Positions 17,821-25,872 of a stretch of 52,173 nt of DNA are shown piece by piece. The position numbers and the translations under genes are program-made. The stretch spans positions 1-52,173 of the forward strand of contig CAZTJP010000002.1 in the NCBI GenBank assembly GCA_964613895.1, written 5' to 3'. Source of the stretch: an uncultured Thiotrichales bacterium. GTDB lineage: Bacteria; Pseudomonadota; Gammaproteobacteria; UWMA-0217. Each line of letters opens with the position of its first letter. The stretch's first letter is position 1. The notes under the pieces are model-generated. The model had not been told where the DNA came from and did no database searches. It was given only the letters and a program-made list of their open reading frames with translations.

Positions 17821-19769
17821 TCTCGAAAACAGCGATTGCCCTGATCACCGGCCTGTTGCTGTCGCTCTTCACCGTGGTCAGTGCTGGCCAGGTCGAACCA
17901 TTGCTGCTCAAGGGGAAAAGACACCTCTACCAGCGGGTCGTGACGCGGCCAGGGGCGATGCTCGAGGCCCGGCCAGGCCACGACCAGGATGCTCACAAGG
18001 CGCCGGCCTTTTCGATCTACTACGTCTACAGCCGCAAACAGCTTGGCCAGACTGAGTGGTTGCAGGTGGGCGATAACACGACCGGCAAGCATCTCGCGTG
18101 GGTTCGCGGCTCACAGACCATTCCGTGGCAAAGGGGTCTGACCGTTCTGTTCCGCAATCCCCTGGGCCAGGAACGCGCCCTGTTCTTCAGGGATGAGAAA
18201 ACCCTGAAATCGCTGGTCGAGAAAGGCGACCGCAAAACCTACGAAAACTATTACCATCAGGCTGTCGAGGGCAAACTCGGCGCCGATTCACCCGTGGTGG
18301 CCATTCAGCCCGACGATTACATCGATCCAGCACGCCAGTTCTATCTGGCTCCGATCCTGCAATCCGAGGATGTCTTCTTCGGAGAGGGGCAGGCAAAGCT
18401 GCTGCGGGTTGCGACTGTCACTGAACAGAGTGCTGCTGGACAGCCGGTCGTCGAAGAAACCACGGCAGATGACGCCAAAACTGCCGACGCCGCCAAACCC
18501 TACACCGTGGGCGTGGTGTTCGTGGTCGATGCGACCCTGTCGATGGGACCCTATATCGACCGCACCCGACAAGCCATCCACAAGCTCTACGATGCACTCA
18601 AACAGCAGGATTCGTCGGGCCAGATGCGCTTTGGTCTGGTCGCGTTTCGTGACAACACCGAAGCGGTTCCGGCGCTGGACTATGTCGTTCGCCGTTTTGC
18701 CACGCTGGCGCAGGGTGCGGACGCCAATCAGTTCTTTGCGGCCGTGGACCAGGTCGCGCCAGCCACCGTTTCCAGTCAGGACTTTCGCGAGGATGCCTAC
18801 GCCGGTATTCGTGAAGCGCTCGAACATACCGACTGGAAAGGGGTCGATGGACGCTACGTGATCCTGGTGACCGATGCCGGTCCACGTGGTGCACATGACC
18901 CGCTCGGCAGCACCGGTCTGAGCGCTGACACGCTCAACAAGCTGGCCCAAAGACAGCATATCTCGCTGACAGTATTACACCTGCTGACGCCCCAGGGTGC
19001 CGCGAACCACGCCGAAGCAGCCGATCGTTACCGCCATCTGTCGCGCTATCCCGGCCTCGGTTCACTCTATTATGGTGTCACCGCGGGTGATCTTCAGCAA
19101 TTCGGCCAGGCAGTCGATACCGTGGCGCAACAGATCGGGCTGAGTATCGAGACCGCCATGAAAGCACAGCCTGGAGCGCCTGACGGCAAGGCATCCCTGG
19201 AAGCCCTGAAAGGCAAGATTTCCCGCATCGGCCACGCGATGAAGATTCACTATCTGGCGGCTGGCAAGAAGAAAGTGCCCGATCTGGTGGATGCCTGGGT
19301 GCTGGATCGCAGCTTCTCCGACCCCGGTCGCAAGACACTCGATGTCGGCGTGCTGATGACCCGCGACCAGCTCAGCGATCTGCACCAGCGACTCACCGCC
19401 TTGCTGGCTTCATTCGAGGACGGTCTGTTGCAGCCGGAGAATTTCATCAATGACATCAAACAGGTGGCAGCGACGCTGACACGTGACCCCGACAAGCTGA
19501 AGGCGGTGGCAGACAAGGATCTCGCCTCGGTCGGTCTGATGCGCGAATACCTCGAGGATCTGCCATATCAGAGTGAAGCGATGTCGATCTCCCTCGAAGA
19601 CTGGAAACGCTGGCCGGTGGCGCGTCAGTTACGGTTCATCCATCGCCTGCAAGAGAAACTGGCCTATTATCAGGCGCTCTACGATCACCCCGACATGTGG
19701 TATTCGCCCGACGGCCAGCCGGTCAATGGCGAATCGGTCATCGCGCTGTCGCTCGACATGTTGCCTTGA
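17811..19769 (+). CDS. Secreted or anchored von Willebrand factor A (vWA) domain protein
   Basis: The start overlaps the Sel1 gene stop, with AAGGA 10 nt upstream. Signal/anchor MAMISKTAIALITGLLLSLFTVVSA. vWA core VGVVFVVDATLSMGPYI (DxTxS MIDAS variant) ... YVILVTDAG. About 230-aa flanking regions on each side are of unknown family. Confidence 0.8.
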   Translation: MAMISKTAIALITGLLLSLFTVVSAGQVEPLLLKGKRHLYQRVVTRPGAMLEARPGHDQDAHKAPAFSIYYVYSRKQLGQTEWLQVGDNTTGKHLAWVRGSQTIPWQRGLTVLFRNPLGQERALFFRDEKTLKSLVEKGDRKTYENYYHQAVEGKLGADSPVVAIQPDDYIDPARQFYLAPILQSEDVFFGEGQAKLLRVATVTEQSAAGQPVVEETTADDAKTADAAKPYTVGVVFVVDATLSMGPYIDRTRQAIHKLYDALKQQDSSGQMRFGLVAFRDNTEAVPALDYVVRRFATLAQGADANQFFAAVDQVAPATVSSQDFREDAYAGIREALEHTDWKGVDGRYVILVTDAGPRGAHDPLGSTGLSADTLNKLAQRQHISLTVLHLLTPQGAANHAEAADRYRHLSRYPGLGSLYYGVTAGDLQQFGQAVDTVAQQIGLSIETAMKAQPGAPDGKASLEALKGKISRIGHAMKIHYLAAGKKKVPDLVDAWVLDRSFSDPGRKTLDVGVLMTRDQLSDLHQRLTALLASFEDGLLQPENFINDIKQVAATLTRDPDKLKAVADKDLASVGLMREYLEDLPYQSEAMSISLEDWKRWPVARQLRFIHRLQEKLAYYQALYDHPDMWYSPDGQPVNGESVIALSLDMLP

Positions 19770-19784
19770 CGACTGCGCCGATCC

Positions 19785-20540
19785 ATGCAGGTTTCCAGAA
19801 CGGAATCCCCGCGGGTGTTGATCTACCACCTGAGGGAAGTCATCAAGACCCGCGAGGCAGAAGGTGCCAATTTCCGCCTCACCGTGCCGAGCCTGCAGAT
19901 CGGTCTGGGTGAAAAGATCGCACTGATCGGTGAAAGCGGCTGCGGCAAGAGCACCCTGCTGGACCTGCTTGCGCTGCTCTCCCGTCCGACCGAATCGGCG
20001 GCTTTCCGCTTCCGCCCGGAAGGCACCCGCGAAGCACTCGATATTGCGGCATACTGGCGCAGCAGGGACCTCGACGAGCTTGGCGATCTACGCAAGCAGC
20101 AGATCGGTTACGTCATGCAGACCGGCGGCCTGCTGCCCTATCTGACGGTCCGTCAGAACCTTACGCTGTCGCGCAAATTGCTGAATATGCGCGACGACAG
20201 CAAGGTCGATGACCTAGCCCGGAATCTGGGCATCCACCGCCACCTGGACAAGCTGCCGAGCCAGCTTTCCACCGGCGAACGACAGCGGGTCGCCATCGGT
20301 CGTGCACTGGCGCATCATCCCTCGATCGTGATCGCCGACGAGCCGACCGCATCGCTCGACCCGATCGCCGCCAAGAAGATCATGGCCCTGTTCATCGAAC
20401 TGGTGGAAGCCATGAACATCACCGTCATCGTTGCCAGCCACGCCTGGATGCACGTACGGGAACTCGGATTGCGGCGGATTTCGCTGCATACCCGGGTCTC
20501 GGCTGACGGCCAGCTGGCGGAAACCGTCGTGCGGGGGTGA
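19785..20540 (+). CDS. ABC transporter ATP-binding protein (LolD/MacB-type)
   Basis: Walker A GESGCGKST, Q-loop YVMQ, signature LSTGERQRV, Walker B IVIADEPT. Starts 15 nt after the vWA gene. Confidence 0.9.
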   Translation: MQVSRTESPRVLIYHLREVIKTREAEGANFRLTVPSLQIGLGEKIALIGESGCGKSTLLDLLALLSRPTESAAFRFRPEGTREALDIAAYWRSRDLDELGDLRKQQIGYVMQTGGLLPYLTVRQNLTLSRKLLNMRDDSKVDDLARNLGIHRHLDKLPSQLSTGERQRVAIGRALAHHPSIVIADEPTASLDPIAAKKIMALFIELVEAMNITVIVASHAWMHVRELGLRRISLHTRVSADGQLAETVVRG

Positions 20541-20550
20541 ATACGGTACC

Positions 20551-21753
20551 ATGAGCCATCGAATCCGCACCCTGTTCTGGCTGGCCGGCCGCGATTATTT
20601 CCTCGAATGGCAGATGTCGGGATTCACCGTGCTCGCGCTGGCCGCGGTACTGGGTCCAATGCTGATTCTGTTCGGTCTCAAGAATGGCATCGTCGGCAGT
20701 ATGCTCGACCAGTTGGTCAACAACCCGGCCAACCTCGAGGTGCACAGTACCGGCCCGGCCCGTTTTGGCCAGTCGTTCATCGATGCGCTGCGCAGCCGTC
20801 AGGATGTACAGTTTGCCATCCCCGAGTTTCCCGATATCGCCTCCAGTATTCAGCTCAAGGGTGGCCGGGCAGGGCGGATCGTCAAACTCAGACTGCGGCC
20901 CAGCGGTGCCCGGGATCCGCTGCTGACGGGGGCTGCGCCCCCGGAGGGCATCGATATCCTGCTGTCGGAGAACGCCGCCAGAACCTTGCAAGCACAACCC
21001 GGTGATGTCCTGGAAGCGCGTCTGTCGCGTATCTACGGCGGACACAATGACAGCCGAAAGCTCAAACTGGTGGTCAAGGGCATCGACACCGCGCTGGCCG
21101 GGATGACCGCGCTGGCACCACTGGAACTGGTCCAGGCCATTGCCGACTATCGCGACGGCCGCGCTGTCCCGACCATGAACTGGCCGGGCGATGACTCGCC
21201 TCGCGGTGAGCGTAGCTATCCCGGATTCCGCGTCTATGCCCGTTCGATACACGACGTACAGACCATCCGCCGGGATCTCGAGCTGCAGGGCGTCGATACC
21301 GAATCACGCAGCAAGGACATTGCCGTGGTTCAGTCGGTCGATCGTAATCTGACCCTGATCTACTGGCTGGTCGCCATCATCGGGCTGCTCGGCTACACGC
21401 TGTCACTGAGCGCCAACCTGTGGGCCAACATCGACCGCAAGCGGCGCGATCTGGCTGTGCTCCGGGTAGTGGGTTTTCGCACCAGCGATATCATCTGGGT
21501 GCCGGTCATTCAGGCCATCTATACCGCGCTGCTGGGCTGGGGCTTGGCCGTCGCAATCTATTTTGCCGTCAGCCGCTCGATCAACCACATCATGGCCGGC
21601 CACCTGCAGGCGGGGCAAACCGTTTGCAAACTGGCGCCCTGGCATTTCACCGCCGCGTTACTGCTGACCCTGGCCGCGGCAATCCTCTCGGCCGTGCTGG
21701 CGGGCTATCGCGCCTCCCGCATCGAGCCGTCGGACGGGCTCAGGGAGCTATAG
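20551..21753 (+). CDS. FtsX/MacB-type ABC permease (4 TM, large periplasmic loop)
   Basis: Internal ATG 20551 (MSHRIRTLFWLAG), 10 nt after the ATPase stop. TM1 is followed by an approximately 230-aa extracytoplasmic domain and three C-terminal TMs. It ends ...AGYRASRIEPSDGLRE, as FtsX-family permeases do. Confidence 0.85.
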   Translation: MSHRIRTLFWLAGRDYFLEWQMSGFTVLALAAVLGPMLILFGLKNGIVGSMLDQLVNNPANLEVHSTGPARFGQSFIDALRSRQDVQFAIPEFPDIASSIQLKGGRAGRIVKLRLRPSGARDPLLTGAAPPEGIDILLSENAARTLQAQPGDVLEARLSRIYGGHNDSRKLKLVVKGIDTALAGMTALAPLELVQAIADYRDGRAVPTMNWPGDDSPRGERSYPGFRVYARSIHDVQTIRRDLELQGVDTESRSKDIAVVQSVDRNLTLIYWLVAIIGLLGYTLSLSANLWANIDRKRRDLAVLRVVGFRTSDIIWVPVIQAIYTALLGWGLAVAIYFAVSRSINHIMAGHLQAGQTVCKLAPWHFTAALLLTLAAAILSAVLAGYRASRIEPSDGLREL

Positions 21754-22500
21754 TCGGTCATGGCCGCAGACCGGGCAGGCCGGATCCTTCGGCAGCGTGA
21801 TCGTTCGCCATTCCATCGTTCGGATATCCATCAGCAACAGCCGACCTGGTCGTACCTCGAGTCCACCCAGTAACTTGATCGCCTCACTTGCCTGAATGCT
21901 GCCGATGATGCCCGGCGCCGACGCCAGCACCCCGATCTGCCGGCAAGTCTCACCCTCACCCTCGTTCACCGGCTTGTAAAGGCATTGATAGCAGGGTGAC
22001 GCGGGATCTCGCGCATCGAACACACAAACCTGACCCTCGTAGCGAATCACACCGCCGGAAACCAGTGGCGTTTGGGTGGCATGACAGACAGCATTGAGTT
22101 CGAAACGTGATGCGAAGTTGTCACTGCAATCGATGAAGACATCCACTTCACGCGCCAGCGCGGTGAGTTCATCCGCATCCAGCGCACGGGCCAGGGTTCG
22201 GACCTCGATATCGGGATTGATCGCCGCCAGCTTTTCCGCCCCGGATTCGACCTTGAACTTGCCGACATCCCGCTGGGTATGAATGATCTGGCGTTGCAGA
22301 TTGCTCGTTTCGACGACATCGAAATCGACCAGCGTGATCACCCCCACGCCGGCCGCAGCGAGATACAGCGCCACCGGTGCACCCAGCCCACCAACGCCGA
22401 TGATGCAGGCATGCGCATCGAGCAGACGTTGTTGCGCCTCGACCCCGAAGCCTTCGAGCTGCAGATGGCGGCCATAACGGCGGCTTTGTTCGGGTGTCAT
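21748..22500 (-). CDS. moeB: Molybdopterin-synthase adenylyltransferase (MoeB/ThiF family)
   Basis: 250 aa. RYGRHLQLEGFG, GVGGLGAPVALYLAAAGVG nucleotide loop, and CYQC...CPVCG zinc site. Confidence 0.85.
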   Translation of the reverse strand: MTPEQSRRYGRHLQLEGFGVEAQQRLLDAHACIIGVGGLGAPVALYLAAAGVGVITLVDFDVVETSNLQRQIIHTQRDVGKFKVESGAEKLAAINPDIEVRTLARALDADELTALAREVDVFIDCSDNFASRFELNAVCHATQTPLVSGGVIRYEGQVCVFDARDPASPCYQCLYKPVNEGEGETCRQIGVLASAPGIIGSIQASEAIKLLGGLEVRPGRLLLMDIRTMEWRTITLPKDPACPVCGHDRL

Positions 22501-22697
22501 TGGAAAAAATGGGCGTATGTAAACATTTTGTTCGAAGTTTGACCCAGATCACTATTCAATGTAAAACCGATGATCGGTTGGCCAGTACGCCGACAGGTCG
22601 ATTTACCACGAAGGTGGTTGATTGTCATGCAAAATGTCCGCCGCATTGGTCATGCACGATGCGCGGATACGACATTCCACAAACAGCGAGAGGAACG

Positions 22698-23486
22698 ATG
22701 AAGACCAGATTGATAGTCACAAGTATTGCCATTGCCATGAGTCTCGGCGCCTGCGAAAAGGCGAGCGACCTGGCGGAGGCTGGCAAGGAAGCCGCCAGCA
22801 ATGTCGCGGAGAAAGCGGGTGATCTTGGCTCCGCAGCCATGGACAAGGCCAAGGAAGCGGGTGCAGCCGCGATGGATACCGCCAAGGAAGCCGGCGCGGC
22901 GGCGGTTGACAAGGCGAAAGAGGCCGGATCGGGCGCGATGGACGCCGTCAAGGATGCCGGTTCCGCCGCTGTCGAAGGCGCCAAGCATCTCGGTGACAAG
23001 GCTGCCGAGGGCGCGGCTGCGGTTGCCGACAAGGCCAGCGAAGCGGGAGCAGCCGCGATGGAAAAGGCGAAAGAAGCCGGATCTGGCGCCATGCATGCAG
23101 CCACGGAAGCGGGTTCGAAAGCTGTCGATACCGCCAAACAGGCAGGACAGGCCGCTGCCGAAGGCGCTGGCAACCTTGGCCACAAGGCAGCGGCAGCCGC
23201 TGGCGCCGCGGGTGCGGCTGTGGCAGCAGGTGCCGCGGCCGCTACGTCCGGTGGCGGGGGTGACGACGTCAGCGCCGCAATCCAGGCCGCGAAAGACCTC
23301 TATGCCAAGGCCAAATCCCATGATGCCGCCTGGCGGGATACTGAAAAACTGATCAAGGCCGCGGAAGAAGCCGCCAAGGGTGGCGATACGGACAAGGCCA
23401 TGAAACTGGCTGCCCAGGCCAAGGCACAATCCGAAAACGCGCTCAAACAGGCGGAAGCACAGAAATCCGCCGGCCCGCGTTTCTGA
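22698..23486 (+). CDS. Ala-rich lipoprotein with tandem 11-residue repeats
   Basis: GAGAGG RBS. Lipobox AMSLGAC. About 13 consecutive 11-mers (e.g. GAAAMDTAKEA / GAAAVDKAKEA / GSGAMDAVKDA), then a poly-Ala/Gly linker and a helical C-terminal domain. Confidence 0.7.
   Translation: MKTRLIVTSIAIAMSLGACEKASDLAEAGKEAASNVAEKAGDLGSAAMDKAKEAGAAAMDTAKEAGAAAVDKAKEAGSGAMDAVKDAGSAAVEGAKHLGDKAAEGAAAVADKASEAGAAAMEKAKEAGSGAMHAATEAGSKAVDTAKQAGQAAAEGAGNLGHKAAAAAGAAGAAVAAGAAAATSGGGGDDVSAAIQAAKDLYAKAKSHDAAWRDTEKLIKAAEEAAKGGDTDKAMKLAAQAKAQSENALKQAEAQKSAGPRF
22761..23189 (+). repeat. In-frame 33-nt periodic tandem repeat (coding 11-mers)
   Basis: Successive 33-nt units, e.g. gccaaggaagcgggtgcagccgcgatggatacc / gccaaggaagccggcgcggcggcggttgacaag / gcgaaagaggccggatcgggcgcgatggacgcc. 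Boundaries are approximate. Confidence 0.7.
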
Positions 23487-23499
23487 ACCATCCACAAGG

Positions 23500-23543
23500 A
23501 TCGAGCCGGCACTTTCATTACCGGCTCGATTCTGATCGTTTTT
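23500..23543. terminator. Bidirectional rho-independent terminator candidate
   Basis: 10-bp stem atcgagccgg / ccggctcgat with an 11-nt loop, followed by tctgatcgttttt. It lies between the convergent lipoprotein gene and pdxA. Confidence 0.6.
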
Positions 23544-23574
23544 ACGCCCCGAAGTGATGGATTCAGGGTTCCGT

Positions 23575-24549
23575 TCAAGTTGCCATCTCGGTGGCCAGCT
23601 TGATGGCGGCCCGCAGGCTGCCATCATGGGCTTCGCCGCTGCCGGCCAGATCCAGCGCCGTGCCGTGATCGACCGAGGTGCGAATAATCCCCAGCCCCAG
23701 GGTCACATTGATCGCGTGGCCGAAACCAATGTGCTTGAGTACCGGCAAGCCCTGGTCGTGATACATCGCCAGCACCGCATCGGCCTGTTCGAGTGTGGCC
23801 GGGGTGAACAGTGTATCGGCCGGCAGCGGCCCGGTCAGATGCAGGCCACGCGCCCGTAGCGTCTCCAGCGCTGGAATGATGGTATCGATCTCTTCGGTAC
23901 CGAGATGTCCGTTCTCGCCGGCATGCGGATTGAGTCCGCACACCAGAATCCTCGGCGCCTCGATGCCGAATCGCCGGCGCAGTTCATCGTTCAGGATCGT
24001 CAATACCTCGATCAGCAGTTCGCCGGTGATCCGCGCAGAAACCTCCTTGAGCGGACAATGCGTCGTCGCCAACGCCACGCGCAACCTGTCCGCTGTCAAC
24101 ATCATCACCGGCCGGACATCGCCACAACGCTTGGCGATGTATTCGGTATGGCCGGTGAATGCCACGCCGGCCTCATTGATGATGCCCTTGTGAACCGGTG
24201 CAGTGACCAGGCCGGCGAAACGGCCGTCCAGGCAGCCATCGACCGCGATATCGAGCATTTCCAGCACTGTTGCCGCGTTGCCGGCATCGAGTCGTCCGGC
24301 CGTGACCGGCCTGGGGAAATGTACCGGATGCAACCGCAGACCAGGCGTCTTGCCCGAGCGGTCGGTAGTCAGCGTGGATTCGCTCAGATGGAGCGGCAGC
24401 CCCAACTGGCGTGCCCGTTCGGTCAGCACATCGGGATCGCCGATGACGACCGAATCACCGAGTTGACCACGCGCTGCCAGGCCGATGACGAGGTCGGGCC
24501 CAATGCCGGCAGGTTCGCCGGAAGTGATGACCAGGGGCAGGGCAGGCAA
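23575..24549 (-). CDS. pdxA: 4-hydroxythreonine-4-phosphate dehydrogenase PdxA
   Basis: 324 aa. LVITSGEPAGIGPDL, GHTEY, NPHAGENGHLG, HGTALDLAG. Confidence 0.95.
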   Translation of the reverse strand: MPALPLVITSGEPAGIGPDLVIGLAARGQLGDSVVIGDPDVLTERARQLGLPLHLSESTLTTDRSGKTPGLRLHPVHFPRPVTAGRLDAGNAATVLEMLDIAVDGCLDGRFAGLVTAPVHKGIINEAGVAFTGHTEYIAKRCGDVRPVMMLTADRLRVALATTHCPLKEVSARITGELLIEVLTILNDELRRRFGIEAPRILVCGLNPHAGENGHLGTEEIDTIIPALETLRARGLHLTGPLPADTLFTPATLEQADAVLAMYHDQGLPVLKHIGFGHAINVTLGLGIIRTSVDHGTALDLAGSGEAHDGSLRAAIKLATEMAT

Positions 24550-24561
24550 CGCGGGTTTCCG

Positions 24562-25872
24562 TCAGCTGGCCGGCTTCAGCTCGGGCAAACGGTTCTCGAC
24601 AAAGGATTCATCGCGTAGCCGTTGCAGCCACAGTTGCAGGTCTTCCTCCTGTTTCTGCTGGGTCAGCACCGCTCGCGCCCGTTCGCGCAGCACCTTCATC
24701 GGCACCGATGCGTCGCGGCGACCCTCGAGCTGAACGATATGCCAGCCATAGCGGCTCTTGAATGGCTGACTGATCTCGCCGGGCTTGAGTTTGGACAGCA
24801 CGGCCTCGAATGCGGGGACGAAAGTGCCGGGAAAATTCCAGCCCAGATCGCCGCCTTGTTCCGCGCTGCCCTTGTCCTCGGAATATCGACGGGCCAGTTT
24901 GGCAAAATCCTCGCCAGCCAGGATGCGGGACCGGATCTTTTCGAGTTTTTCCTTACCGTCGTCGGAGGTGATGAGAATATGGCGTGCATGCGATTCGACA
25001 CTCTTGGCCACATTCTTGTCGCCGCGAATCTCCTTGACCATGACCAGATGAAAGCCGCTCGGGCCACGGATTGGTTGCGAGACTTCACCGGGCTTGAGCT
25101 TTTTCACTGCATTGGCGAACACGGTGGGTAACTGGCTGGCCTTGCGCCAGCCCAGATCACCACCCTTGAGCGCATGCTGACCATCGGAATTGGCGATCGC
25201 CAGTTGCGAGAAATCCTCGCCCAGCAGGATTTGCTGGCGTAGTTTTTTGATCTTCGCGCGGGCCTGCTCGACCTGTTCCGGTGTTGCGCCACCCGGCACT
25301 GCCACCAGAATGTGCGCCAGCTTGTATTCGAGATTGCTGTGTTCGTTGAGGTTGGCGGCGATCAGATCATCGACTTCCTGTTCCGAAACATGGATGCGGC
25401 GATTGATCTTGCGCTCATGCAAGGTGCTGATGATCAACTCGTCACGAATGTTGTTGCGGAAATCGACGTAATCGAGCCCTTCCTTCTCCAGCGCCAGCCG
25501 GAAGTGCGACAGATCCATGCCGTTATCACCGGCAATCTTGCGCAAGGCCTTCTCCAGCGTTTCGTCATCGATCTGGATGCCGGCGCGTTTGGCTGCCTGC
25601 AATTGCAGCTTCTTGAGGATCAGCCGTTCCAGGATCTGGCGGTCGAGTGCCGCGCCGGACGGGATCTTGGCATCCCGGGCCTGCAACTGCTGGCGTATCA
25701 GCTTTTTCTCCCGTTCCAGTTCAGCCTGGGTGATGGCCTGTTCACCGGCAATGGCGACGATCTTGTCCAGCCACATCACTTCCGCATGCGCCGCGGGCAA
25801 CCAGGCCAGGGCAGTCAGCAGGATCAGGGTGAGCCACCCGGCCGGGCGACGGGCGGGGGCGTCAGTTGTCAT
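24562..25872 (-). CDS. surA: Periplasmic chaperone / PPIase SurA
   Basis: Signal peptide MTTDAPARRPAGWLTLILLTALAWLPAAHA. Two parvulin domains (GGDLGW... twice). Canonical lptD-surA-pdxA order. The start is uncertain (25872 or 25881). Confidence 0.9.
   Translation of the reverse strand: MTTDAPARRPAGWLTLILLTALAWLPAAHAEVMWLDKIVAIAGEQAITQAELEREKKLIRQQLQARDAKIPSGAALDRQILERLILKKLQLQAAKRAGIQIDDETLEKALRKIAGDNGMDLSHFRLALEKEGLDYVDFRNNIRDELIISTLHERKINRRIHVSEQEVDDLIAANLNEHSNLEYKLAHILVAVPGGATPEQVEQARAKIKKLRQQILLGEDFSQLAIANSDGQHALKGGDLGWRKASQLPTVFANAVKKLKPGEVSQPIRGPSGFHLVMVKEIRGDKNVAKSVESHARHILITSDDGKEKLEKIRSRILAGEDFAKLARRYSEDKGSAEQGGDLGWNFPGTFVPAFEAVLSKLKPGEISQPFKSRYGWHIVQLEGRRDASVPMKVLRERARAVLTQQKQEEDLQLWLQRLRDESFVENRLPELKPAS

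Noticed and set aside
22761-23189. A regularly spaced 33-nt repeat that could superficially suggest a CRISPR-like or satellite array.
   Set aside because: The units are contiguous without spacers, imperfect, in frame, and inside an ORF with an RBS and a lipobox. It is a coding 11-residue protein repeat.
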